NCBI RefSeq assembly: GCF_000143415.4
Contig: NW_003314334.1
Location: forward strand, 637,614 to 701,613
DNA: 64,000 bases
DNA from: Selaginella moellendorffii
Lineage: Eukaryota > Plantae > Lycopodiophyta
Reading direction: 5' to 3'
The position numbers were made by a program, and so were the translations under genes. Below, one piece after another: positions 52,195 through 62,960 of this stretch (positions are counted from its first letter, which is position 1; the number at the start of each line of letters is the position of its first letter). Under the pieces are notes generated by a model. That model saw nothing but the letters and a program-made list of their open reading frames with translations, was not told where the DNA came from and did not search any database.

Positions 52195-52455
52195 AGGGTT
52201 TACAAACCTTAGCCCTACAAAAACTCTATATATTAATATAAGATCTCTATAATTAAGGGTTGACAAATAAGACTATTAAATTGTGGTAGCTTTTTGACTT
52301 AGTCTTTATGTTTTTACCATCTACATCACAAGAAAATTGCCCAAATGGTTTTTATTGTCAAAGAGATTGCACCTTGGCTAGGGTTTTATAATGGATTTCC
52401 TGGCTTATGCAAAAATTGGGCCAAAATTCTTTGCAATTCAATATTGTCAATTTGT
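52195..52455 (+). pseudogene. Diverged 5' fragment of the 60025 membrane-protein gene, ending at a LINE remnant
   Basis: aaaccttagccctacaaaaa ~ 59887 aaaccctaaccctacaaaaa; attgcccaaatggt ~ attgcccacatggt; attgggccaaaattctttgcaattcaatattg ~ attgggctaaattattctgcaattcgatattg. Confidence 0.65.
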
Positions 52456-52499
52456 TTTGTTCACTCAGGGATATATTATTGAAGGTAATATTACACTAT

Positions 52500-53565
52500 C
52501 ATAAAATATTATTCCATTATTGAAATTTGTTGATTGAGCCACGATCATCAAGTATAGCCCTCCACCAAAGCTTTTCCCCATGACACTAACATATGAGGAA
52601 CCTTTGCATTGCATTCTGGAACAAAGTTGAGGCCATGGAAATTCGGAGTCACAGAACGATGGAAAGCAGCATCCACAGCTTACAATTGGACTATTACAAG
52701 GGATGTGCTGTGAAGAAGACCATAAAAGTAAGGATAGTGGCGCTTTATGGCGCTGAGATATGGGGCCAGGCCTGCTAGCGAAGGAGTAGGACAAAGTCGA
52801 GGCTGTGCAACGAAGTTTCATTTGGGAAGAATTTAGCATCAACCTTGTGCCATATGTGACCATGGAGACAGGCCTCTTTTCCCTAGAAATACTCGCACGA
52901 TCATCTACATCTGAAAGAGCAGAAGTTGGCAGTCACAGGACAGACAGGCGGCTGGTGGCATGACATGAAACAGGACCAAAAGAGTCGGTCTGAATCTCAA
53001 CATCACAGAACGATTCCATGAAGATCTTGAATTCTGGACACACATCGTGCTAATAAGATGGATCCAAGCCCAGAAGAACCACACAAAATACAAGCTCTAT
53101 GTGGAGGCGATCAACCCAAACGAACAGGTGGGAACGGCTCTTTATGATCAGCTCTTTCCCTGGCGACAGAAACTCCTTGCACGTTACAGAACAGGTGATC
53201 ATAGACTACTCGTGGAACTAGGACGAAGAACAAGAGCAGCAAAGATTCCGCGACATCTACAGCTTTGCCCAGTGTGTGGCATGTCCGTCGAGACAGTAAC
53301 ACATACGGTCAAGGAATGCTCAGGATACGATGAGTTCCGACTCAGGCCGATCCCATGGGATATGCCTGTAGCTAACATCCTTGGGACACCTGAAAACGCA
53401 GCGGAGATAACCAGGTTCCTGGAATAGATGGAGGTCCAGAGGCGAACACTTGTCAATGAAAGCATACTTGTGTTGTTGGAGCTGGAAAATGAAAGGAAAC
53501 AACAGAACAGATGACACCAAACTTGCAGGGCCATACTCCAATCACCACAAACAAGCAACACAACA
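52500..53565 (+). mobile_element. 5'-truncated, degenerate non-LTR retrotransposon (RTE/RTEX-like ORF C-terminus)
   Basis: ALYGAEIWG, DKVEAVQRSF, METGLFPLE and ARYRTGDHRLLVELGR; zinc finger LCPVCG..VETVTH...ECSGY; CAA-rich tail at ~53545-53565. Confidence 0.8.
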
Positions 53566-53569
53566 GATG

Positions 53570-54700
53570 GGAGTGGGAACAATGATAAATGGGCAACAAT
53601 CCGCGGCAGAAGAGGCAGCAAGCTCCCAGCAGCGACATCCAGATCACCATGTCTGGAAGGAATGGCATCGAGTTGATGAGCTCCTTCGCACTCAGAGTTC
53701 TTCATGCAGCAATAGCGTTCTCTCCTCGGCACCATCTCAAAGTCTCGGCTGATTGAGACGAAGTGCTCCCAGCCCTTGGCAATGGCTGCACGAAGTTAAA
53801 ACGCTCCGGAACGTCACCTTGTCCAGCTTGACGCCCTCGAGATTCATAAGATGGAAGACTTCCACTGCTCGATCGTAGTGCCCGTCGTCCCAAGCTGAGC
53901 ATCTTCATGCTCTTAATCACACTCCTGGCGGTGCCGAGATGGCCCAAATTGACGTAAATTTGCATGAGAGCTGTCCAGCAGACGATGGTCTTGTGCGGGA
54001 TCTCGTGGAAGAACCTCACTGCCCCGTCAAAGTGCCCATTCTCGGCATACGCGAGAAGCAGCTCCACGAGACTAGATTCTTCTCCAACACTTGATCAAAG
54101 ATGTTCTTCGTCCTTGGTGGCAGTAAGCCTGCACCATCGCCGTCCATGCCACCACGTCCTGATCCGGCATGGAATCAAAGATCTCTCTTGCGTTGGCAAA
54201 ATCTCCTCTTTGGGTATTCTCATAGTTCTTGCCACTGCGTTGGTGAAGGGGAGCCGATGGAACGCCCTGTCCAATTTTTCCAGGAATCATTCTGCGCGTA
54301 GCACAGCAGTAGATTCGTCCACGACACGGCCGGCATTCTATCAAAGATCGATTTTGCTGCCTCGTTTTGCCCCTGCGCGAGCGCAGTGATCATTGAGTTC
54401 CATATCACGGCCTGGCGCTCTGGGACACGATCGATCATCGCCTGACAGTGGATGCTGCCACATATCCAGCGATCATCGAGTTCCACGAGACAAGATCATG
54501 AAACTCCATCCCGTCAAACGTGTCTTGGCAAGCTCAAGTTGCCCGAACTGGGCATACAGTGTAATTGGCGATTTCCAAGAGACGATGTCATGATCCGCCA
54601 TGGAATTGAAGATCTTCTTGTCCTGCCCGATATTGGAGCTCCGGATATAGGATTTCACGTCCACGTTACACGAGATTCCAGTGGTGCATTCGATCAAAGA
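53570..54700 (-). pseudogene. Frameshifted PLS PPR pseudogene
   Basis: KIFNSMADHDIVSW, VIWNSMITALAQ, AREIFDSMPDQDVVAWTAMVQAY, LLAYAENGHFDGA and MPFLPDMVIWMSLLGAC spread across several frames. Confidence 0.88.
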
Positions 54701-54941
54701 GGTTAATTTAAAATATTAAAACAATATATAATTCTATAAGCATTTCAGAGAATTACAGTTTTAATACAATTTAATTTATTTTTCTAATTTGAAAAAATAT
54801 TTCGCATTAAATAAATAATTAAAATGTTTTAAATTATAAATTCTTTTAGCTAGCTTATACTGAATAAGGGTTTTCCCAGAAATTCTCTGTTTTCTTCCGT
54901 TTAAAATCATGATATTGCTGCAAACGGGAAAATAAGAGTAA

Positions 54942-56755
54942 ATCTAGGATTTAGGGCTTTTAGGATGGACAAAAATCTCGGGGATACAGGTATGTTTTTC
55001 TCGTCCTCTCTGAGAATGTGAAATGCGACAATCCACAGGACACGGCATCTTCCAAGATTCATTTGAGCGCTCTGCTTCTGGCGTGGATACATGTCTACCC
55101 GGTCTACCACTTTCGTTTCTCAAGTCATACAACTCTGCTTGTGTTTTTCTTTGGCAGGCTTCGCGTCTCTGCCCGAGCTCTTGAGCGAGTTTGAAGACAT
55201 TTGCCGGGATCTAGCGCAGGCAGTCAGGTGAAACAATTTTCTGGGAACGACTGGAACTCAGCAGCTTTTTCTTTACAGAGACGAGGCAACTACGAAGCAT
55301 CGAGCTATAGAAGACAGGGCTCTACTTCAGTCATGCGCACTTCCATTTGTATGGAAAAGGTAGCGTCGCTTATTAAGTTTCAACGGGACTGACTTTACTG
55401 TTTCTTAGAGGATATCACGGAAGAGAATCAGGTATTTTCTATGTTCTCTTCCTTTTGTGGTTTCACCTAAGAAAAAATGTTTGGCAGAAAGCAACCACGC
55501 GTTTATAAGAACCGGTGCAACTGCTCAAACATGCCCTCGTCTTGTCTCGAGAGTCTGGCGTCCAAGGAATTGGATTTAGAAAAGAAGGTAATGCTCTTCG
55601 ATTGAGTATATGTGTGCAAATGTTATCGTTACAGAGGAGGGGATAGGATGCGGGCTTAGAGGCTAGGCTTGTGGGATCAAACAAAACAGGCTATCAAAAA
55701 AATATTGGAACTCACTCTGTTCGACACTGATGCTCCAACTCGAGAAGGCTTACAGTTGCATCCTGAAGATCAGGTACTACGCTCTTACTGGTCCTCTTCT
55801 TACATGTATCATATTTATCGCAGAAACTGGAAGATAGTCTTTTGGAAGATGCGTGGAAGCTCATCCGAGCTGGAAGAAAAGGAGAAGCGCAGGACCCGTG
55901 TCCAACAGGGATTGCTCTTCGTTGCTCAGGTACATGAAAACGTTTCTAGACATCTTACTTCCCTGTCTCACACTGGAAACATACAGACAGGACATTCTCT
56001 GCAATGTATGTGCTTTACTCCTCAAGCAGGTCACGATCATTAATTACTGCTGTCGATTTTTTTGTTGTTCTTGGCAGTAAGAAGTCCATAGCGAGAATTA
56101 ACGTCACTATGGCGTAGACATTCCGGGAGGTGTGGAAGCACTTTTTGGACACCTGAAGCAGTCATTAAATGAAGCAGCAGACTGAACTTCTGCAGATATC
56201 TGAAATGAAGACTTTTTTTATTAGACACGTTAAGATACTGTACTTTGGTGCCTGTGCCTCAAAGTTTGTGTTTATTTAACTGGATAACATATTGTGTTTG
56301 CCTTCGCATCCAGCAACTTTCTGTTCTTTACTCCTCAGGCCACCAATAGAAGGAGAGATCCTGGAAGAAGACGCTGATCACTTCCGTGCAGTGCCTCGGA
56401 TACGAGGATGATCCTACGAGATTTGGAGCTAACGAGATAGAGCTACACAGTTATATCTTTCATGAAAGACAATACTGATCTTGATTTTTCTCGTCCTCCT
56501 GCAATAGCATTTTGTCCACGTCGTGGCGGACAAAAAGGCCGGATCTCTCTCGCTTTTTGGATGCTTAGCAACAGCAGCTCTGTACTTCTGCAGTACTGCC
56601 CGAGAACTGCAACTACCAAGATTTTTCTTGATTGGGTACGTTGCTGCCTGCCTCTCAATTCTTCACAGTCATTGAAACTTTGTTCTTTTCACACACACTA
56701 TCAACAAATGAAAACTCCAGCGACATGAAGAACAAGCAAAGGTCTTTTGCTGCAG
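54942..56755 (+). pseudogene. Intron-containing NUP107 pseudogene with large internal deletions and an insertion
   Basis: Collinear matches to ~12060-12290, 12520-13440, 14905-15260 and 15340-15400 (e.g. ccgagctcttgagcgagtttgaagacatttgccggga and tgatgctccaactcgagaaggcttacagttgcatcc), including introns. Confidence 0.93.
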
Positions 56756-56910
56756 AAAAAATAAGCTCTGCTAGCGTGGATTTGCTTGATGGAGTGGAGG
56801 TTTCTTGCAGATTGGATGAGCTGCAAACACTCGCGCTGATCTAGTGCGTTTCTTCACAGAAACATAACACGCAGTTCCGAGGTTACACAGCATTTCCTAG
56901 GTATCGCAGG

Positions 56911-57995
56911 ATGGGGGTTTTAGCAAAGACGCTCCTCCTCTCGCTTGTGGCCATGGCTAGTTTCTACCTAGATTCTCTCCTGGATTCTCCTCGCCTGTGG
57001 ATCTGGATGTCTTTGCCCATGAGGCGAGATCTAGCATCAGCGATGACAAGATCACATCTTCGCGGTGGTTCCTTCTCGGTCTTGCTGCATCAGGATTTAC
57101 GTTTCTCTCGTCTTCTGTGATCGTTTTGTCCAGTTGGGTTGAGAGCACGGTAGCGGCAATCCAGCTATGGCTGCGTGCCAGACAACTAGCTGTGGAGAGC
57201 TGCATTGCGAGGGCAACAGCTCAGGCAAGGAACATTCTGAGGAGGCGCAAGCATGGCACAACGGCGGCCACGAATGAGGAGCTAGAGACGGGGGAGGAGC
57301 CCCAAGCCATAGCTGGAGGATTGGTGGCAGTGGAGATGGACCAGGCCGCAACAGCACAGTCCCAAGCGGAGGTAATCCCTGCCAGCCCTTCACAATCTCA
57401 GAGGGCACTCGCACTGCTTACTTCCTTCTTGTCACTGGCAAATGCCATCTCGATGTGTCAAAAGTGGACACAAGACGGGCACGATCTCGCTCTCATTGCC
57501 ACCGCGATCTGTGCCGCATCGGCCTTTTGTTTCCTGCATTCATTCCTGGTAGGGCTTGGACACATCGAGAAGCAGCGGAGGAAAGGGTGTATGACGATAC
57601 TGCTCACAGCTCTCATCGCGTTCTTCTACCCTTTCATGGGCCTCGCATGTCGTCGTTTGAAACGAAAGAAGGGCTGGGCCACAACAGCTGTTTACACGGT
57701 CTCAGCTGTAGTTCCTTTCGTGATGAGGGTGATATGTCTCCTCCTGTTCACTCATGAGGCCTCCACGGTGATAGCTTCTGCTTGCTCGTTGCTCTCTGGA
57801 GTTGCGTGGTTGATTTTTAGCTCCATCGTCGAGTACCAAATTCTCCATATCGTGGGAGCTTGTTTGGCTGTTGCAGTTCAGGTCATCTACTTTGTAAGCT
57901 TCGTTTCAAAGTGCTATGGAGGTGAGCAAATCCGAAAACTCTCTTGTTTCTATATCGCGATCTTTGAATTAACAGGCCTGTGCGCACTGTGTTGA
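56911..57995 (+). CDS. Multi-pass (~7 TM) membrane protein, divergent SWEET/MtN3-like; the 5' end needs a frameshift or an unseen splice
   Basis: 332-aa frame from GTG 56997. Hydrophobic helices have SWEET-like spacing (WFLLGLAASGFTFLSS; VSAVVPFVMRVI; LLSGVAWLIFS; HIVGACLAVAVQVIYF). Possible in-frame intron at 57922-57975. ATG 56911 is in another frame. Confidence 0.5.
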
Positions 57996-59284
57996 ACGAG
58001 AAGGAACAATCAATCATGCTTTAAAAGAAGTAAAAGACAATTGTAGTGGAAACAAGGCGTCACTGGATCTGGATGATCGTTTTTCGCTGTGAGTGCAGAG
58101 TACTGGTTTAACGTTTGATTCGCTGCCTACATCCCAAAGTGGCCAGCAAGAAGTAGTCTCTGATCTTTTCTTGTGGCTTCATCTGAAAATTTTCCATCCC
58201 GAACTTGCTTGCTGTAACACAGAAATATCAAGCATAGCGCACCTGGTTGAGAATGCTTCCATACCACTGAAGCGTGTATCCTATTAGCGTGAACTTAGAA
58301 CTTCCTTACCAGCAAGAAAAAACTCCCCATCCTGAAAAGGAAAACCACTGTCCAAGTTCCACGAAAACCAGCTTACTTGAATCACTTTGACAGCTCGGCA
58401 AGTGCCTGTAGTCATCAATTCACATTAGAGGAGTTTCAAAGGCTAATTTGCTTACTTGAGTGAAATCGAGAGATGTCCTGAGATTAAATAAACAAGGTGG
58501 AAGACTCTGGTGCATCGTCCTCGTCCGAACGAGCAGGTCAAGATGAGGAAAAAAGATGAACACTAAAAAAGACCAAATGCAGCTTAATCGAAGCGTCGGC
58601 TCTTCCTGTTACGACGTGACGGCCGAATCGAAGCGGCATTCTGTAAGTAAGAAATGAGAACTCGCCAACAAAGTAGTGCGCTAATCAGACTCACCTTTCA
58701 TGTCCGTGCGTACCTTTCACAAGATGATGTGATCGTCTTGAAAGAGCTCTAAAGCATTTATCAAGAGAATATGATCAAATGACTTGCGTGATGATGTACA
58801 AACGAAAATGACAAATCGTCCAAGCGCTACTCTGGCGACAATGTCAGCTATGCCCGGAATCGTGTTTTAATATGCCTTTGCTCTGGTTCCAGGTTCCTTC
58901 TCGCAACACTGGTTAAGCTCCTCATAATAAACTGTCAGTGTTGTGGAAATCAAGAGAAAAAAGAATAGCTTACCCGGATCGGTACATAACAACAACCAAT
59001 AATGTCAGGTTAGATTCACCTAAACCACGGCACTGTCTCAAGACTGCGGGTCAAATTATACCTTTTGCTCTTGGCGAAGCGTATTAGAGTCTGATACAAG
59101 AAGTGATCACTGTAGTCATAGAGAAGCTCAAGTCAAAACTTATCACCCATAATTTCCTTCATGCGGGAGAGGATACCATAAGCTTGTGATCCATTTCGGC
59201 ATCCATGAAACCCTCCACTAGAATAGACGACAACAAAGATCATCTCACGAGAAAGAAGAAAAAAAAAGAGCAAAAACTCCTTAC

Positions 59285-59520
59285 TGGGATCCCGAGCTTG
59301 GTCGTCATGCCACGCAATGTCCGATCTCCGAGCGCAGCACCGGTCTCAGCATTTGACGTCCCAGGGACGTGTGAAGAAGGATTCGTGCAAACGACGGTAC
59401 GACCTCTCTTCTCAAGCTCAGTCCCATCGTCTTAAGTCGGGAAAAGAGAAAAAGACCAACCTTGTCTTGGACGCCTTGGCCTCCTTTGACACTGGATTCA
59501 AAGCCATCATCAATACCTCT
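59285..59520 (-). pseudogene. Alpha/beta-hydrolase fragment (At1g15490-like family)
   Basis: Minus strand reads MGLSLRREVVPSFARILLHTSLGRQMLRPVLRSEIG, then shifts frame to IAWHD; flanked by intron-like sequence. Confidence 0.55.
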
Positions 59521-60024
59521 GGATCTACAATAAGCACAGAAAATTAAATTTCATACCATGCTCTTGCTTTTCGAAGTCGAATCTCAACTGCGAAAAAGAT
59601 CAAGTCTACCTCGTACAAGACTTCTTAGCTCCGAGGTCTGCAGAGAAGACATGCTGCCACAGTATCGTCAGAAACTTAGACGGCTGTCTACAGCATCACA
59701 ATAAAGGAAAAAAAAGAAAAGAAACAGCCTCACAGTACCTTTACAGTTATAGTAATCACATAGCTACTAAATCGAAAACAGCCATCTCCATAAATAAAGC
59801 TAGATTGGAAAAGGATTTAGAGACCATTCGAGAGGCGATGTATTGCTCAATCTGCGGCGCCATACCTTTCGAGACTGGCCGAGCCGAAACCCTAACCCTA
59901 CAAAAAGTTCGCGCTTCTTTTGGAAAAACCGAGATCTTTTTTGAAAAGTTATAGACAATTTCCAAAAGGAGGATTATGCCGAAAACCCTATAAATAGATC
60001 TTAGATTATATCCCTTTAATAAGG

Positions 60025-60800
60025 ATGGCAAACTTCTGGTGGTATTTCGTTCTTATTTCAATTTTCTCGACTTGGGCAATTAGCTTTTATGTATACACCA
60101 TAGTTATCACTCTTTACCCTCCAAAATGGGATTGCCCACATGGTGTTTCTCATTGCAAAAAGAGCTGTAATGCACTACATCCTAATTATCATTGGGATTT
60201 CTATTCTTGCTACATCGGAGCTGCGAGGATTGGGCTAAATTATTCTGCAATTCGATATTGGCAACTTCCTTGCTTCATTCCACATCTATATACTTTGCTA
60301 TCACTGGGCTATGTGGCTGGAGGTAAGCTAGATTTATTTAAGAATACACTTAACAATTTATTTCAGTTGCCATGGGATTTGCTGCACGCTTCCAATACAA
60401 GTTATGTATGTTGGTTAGCTTTGTTATTGGAGGAGCTAGTGCGCTTACAAGCACATATGTTTCACATCGGTCATGGTTTATTGCTGTACAAGTGATCTCT
60501 GCGGTAGCACATTCCTACGCAGGGACATCATCAGCTATAAGGTGGTGCATAGAGATAAAGAAGCGCAGCGAAGAACCATATAAAAGAACTTATGCCATAT
60601 CGTTAGTGGCTATATTCATTGAATTACTCTTTCTACCCTTGGTCCCAATATGTATTCATATGTATTCTGACTGGAGGTGGGGAAATAGGCTGATATTTAT
60701 TATGGACTCATTTCTTACCATGATGCTGGTGGTGGAAATGGTGGTATTAATTATAGTTAATATTAGAAGTAACAATGGAAGAATAGCTAACGAATTGTAA
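60025..60800 (+). CDS. ~243-aa membrane protein with a Cys-rich N-terminal module and one MtN3-like triple-helix unit; 2 exons (intron 60323-60366)
   Basis: ORFs 60025-60495 and 60372-60800 join through a GT-AG 44-nt intron. Peptides CPHGVSHCKKSCNALHP and IRWCIEIKKRSEEPY. Telo-box and TATA (aaaaccctataaata) at ~59982. Confidence 0.6.
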
Positions 60801-60829
60801 CATAGTAAATTCTGTTTGTAAATATTTTA

Positions 60830-61135
60830 GAATCTACAATTAGTGGATATATTAACTGAAGTTTGTGGAAAATCAATCCTATCTTGCTCCTAGCTCAATC
60901 CATTGCAATATGGGAAGTTTGGAAGACAAGCCAAGAAATGAGATGTGTGGTTGATTTTTAGCTGGATTGTCTAGTTTCAGCTCTTACATCTCATTGGAGC
61001 ATTTCTAACTATCACAGTTCAGCTACTTTGCTTCACAAGTTTTTCCAAGATAGTCTTTACTTGCTATGGAGGTGAGCAAAAATTTAAAGTTTCTCTATGA
61101 ACTATATTATGATCTTTCAGGTCTATATGCACTCT
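60830..61135 (+). pseudogene. Decayed counterpart of the last TM helices of the 56911-57995 gene
   Basis: gtggttgatttttagct and tgctatggaggtgagcaaa are shared with 57806-57930; reads VWLIFSWIV*FQLLHLIGAFLTITVQL. Confidence 0.8.
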
Positions 61136-61589
61136 TTCCTTGAAAGAACTAACATCTGTTTGCCGTGGAAATCAAATGTTTCTTTGCTTGTTTCTTCCAG
61201 TTGTGGATAAAATGAGTTCTTTGTTGTGTGAAAATAGATGATGCAAGTCAAGAGATCATTTCATTTCGAAAAACCTAGCATCTCGCTAAGAGTGTTAGCT
61301 GCCAACTGCCTATATCCCAAAGTACAAGGTCTTTGCCACAGGAAAGCATGTAAGCATTTGGATTGAGAGCTTAGAAGTAGTCTATCATCACCTTTGATCT
61401 CTTTTAGTGGCTTCAGCTGAAACATGAGCACTCTAAGCCCTGATACACCGTCCAGACACGAACAAAAGGCTCTATTCCCTAAGAATCTTACTTGATCTTG
61501 AATAGCAATAACCATAGCAGACCTGGTTGATAGCTTGATACATAGGTGTATATTGGATGGTCTTCTCGCATGTTATGTGTTGTAAAAGA

Positions 61590-62045
61590 GGAGCATTAGA
61601 CGTCAATAATTTCCAACTCCACAAAAACGACTTGAATCACTTTGCTGGCTTGGCAAGCAGAAGTTCAAAAACCTGTAGTCAATTTTAGGCTAATTTGCTT
61701 TACTTGGCAGGCTGTATCAAGTAATAAAGAACAAAATCGAGAGAAGACTTACATGTATGACCAAAAACGTCCTGATGGCAAATTGATTCCTAAGCAAACT
61801 GATCGCCATCCTGAAAAGGACGCGTTAGACATTGATAATTTCCAACACGAAAACCAGCTTAAGTTCAAAAAATCTGTGGTCAGCTTCATTAGTTTGAGAG
61901 GCTAATTTCTTTACTTGATAGTCCTGCCCTTGGCACTTGAATATGAGCTTGAGGAATCGTGAACAGGCTGCGTCAAGTAAGAAAGAACAAAATTGAGGGA
62001 AGACTTGCATGCAAATAACCAAAAACGTCCTAATGGCCTGTGTAA
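61590..62045. repeat. Imperfect tandem duplication (~200-230 bp unit) related to 58355-58460 and 63485-63565
   Basis: Both units contain ttagac...ataatttccaac, aggctaattt, aggctg..tcaagtaa.aaagaacaaaat and accaaaaacgtcct.atggc. Confidence 0.8.
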
Positions 62046-62329
62046 TTGGTCTTACTTCTGAGAGCATCAATTATCGTCCTTTCAACCTTCATAACAGAAC
62101 AAGGAAGAAATATTTGAAAAGACAGAAAAAAGATGAGCACTAACTTGAATTGAATTGAATATTCTGTTTTGGCAGTCATGGGGTGCCCAACAAGAAACAT
62201 GAGACTGTGCAAACAAGTTTGTAAGTTTGTTGTCAGGGTCTTCTCGCTCCCTCCATCCCGCACTCACATCCCTCCATCTCCCTAAAGCTTATAAAAAGAT
62301 CTTCTTATAAGGTTAAGGTTTATGACAAA

Positions 62330-62960
62330 CACCAATAATTTCATACTAATTTCATTGGAATTAGCGTTTATGTGGTGTTTCTCATTGTCAGAAGAGCTGT
62401 AATGCACTACATCCTACTTACCATTGGGGTTTTTATTCTCCTTACATCAGAACTAGAAAAATTGGGCCAAACTGTTCTGCAATTAGATACTGTGCTTTAC
62501 TCCATATCTATATGCCATTCTATCAATTCGCTATGTGGCTGGAGAAGCTAGATTTATTTATGAACCTTTATAACAATTTGTTCCAGTTGCCATAGGAATC
62601 CGTACTCAATTCCAATACAAGTTATGCATGTTGATTAGCTTTCTTATTGGAGAGCTACTGCGTTTACAAGCACATATGTTTTATATCGGTGATGGTTCAT
62701 TGCTTTACAAGTGATCTCTGCGGTAACACATTCATGTGCAGGGACATCATCAGTTATAAGGTGGTATTTAGAGCTAAAGAAACTCAGAGAACAACCATAT
62801 CCAATAACTTCTTCCATATCATTTTGGGGTATGTTCTCAGAAATAGTCTTCTTGTATACATTTGTATTATGGTGATATTAGTTATAGTTAACATTAAGGT
62901 CAGGGTAGATTTACAAGTGAATATACCTAGAATATGCATGGATATTCTAAGATACTAATG
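62330..62960 (+). pseudogene. Decayed duplicate of the 60025-60800 gene
   Basis: tggtgtttctcattg, aagagctgtaatgcactacatccta, ttccaatacaagttatg and acaagtgatctctgcggta are shared; splice donor lost (ggagaagc versus ggaggtaagc); stops present. Confidence 0.9.

Noticed and set aside
59887-59899. AAACCCTAACCCT as an interstitial telomere remnant
   Set aside because: Only one or two units located at gene 5' ends; better explained as promoter telo-boxes.
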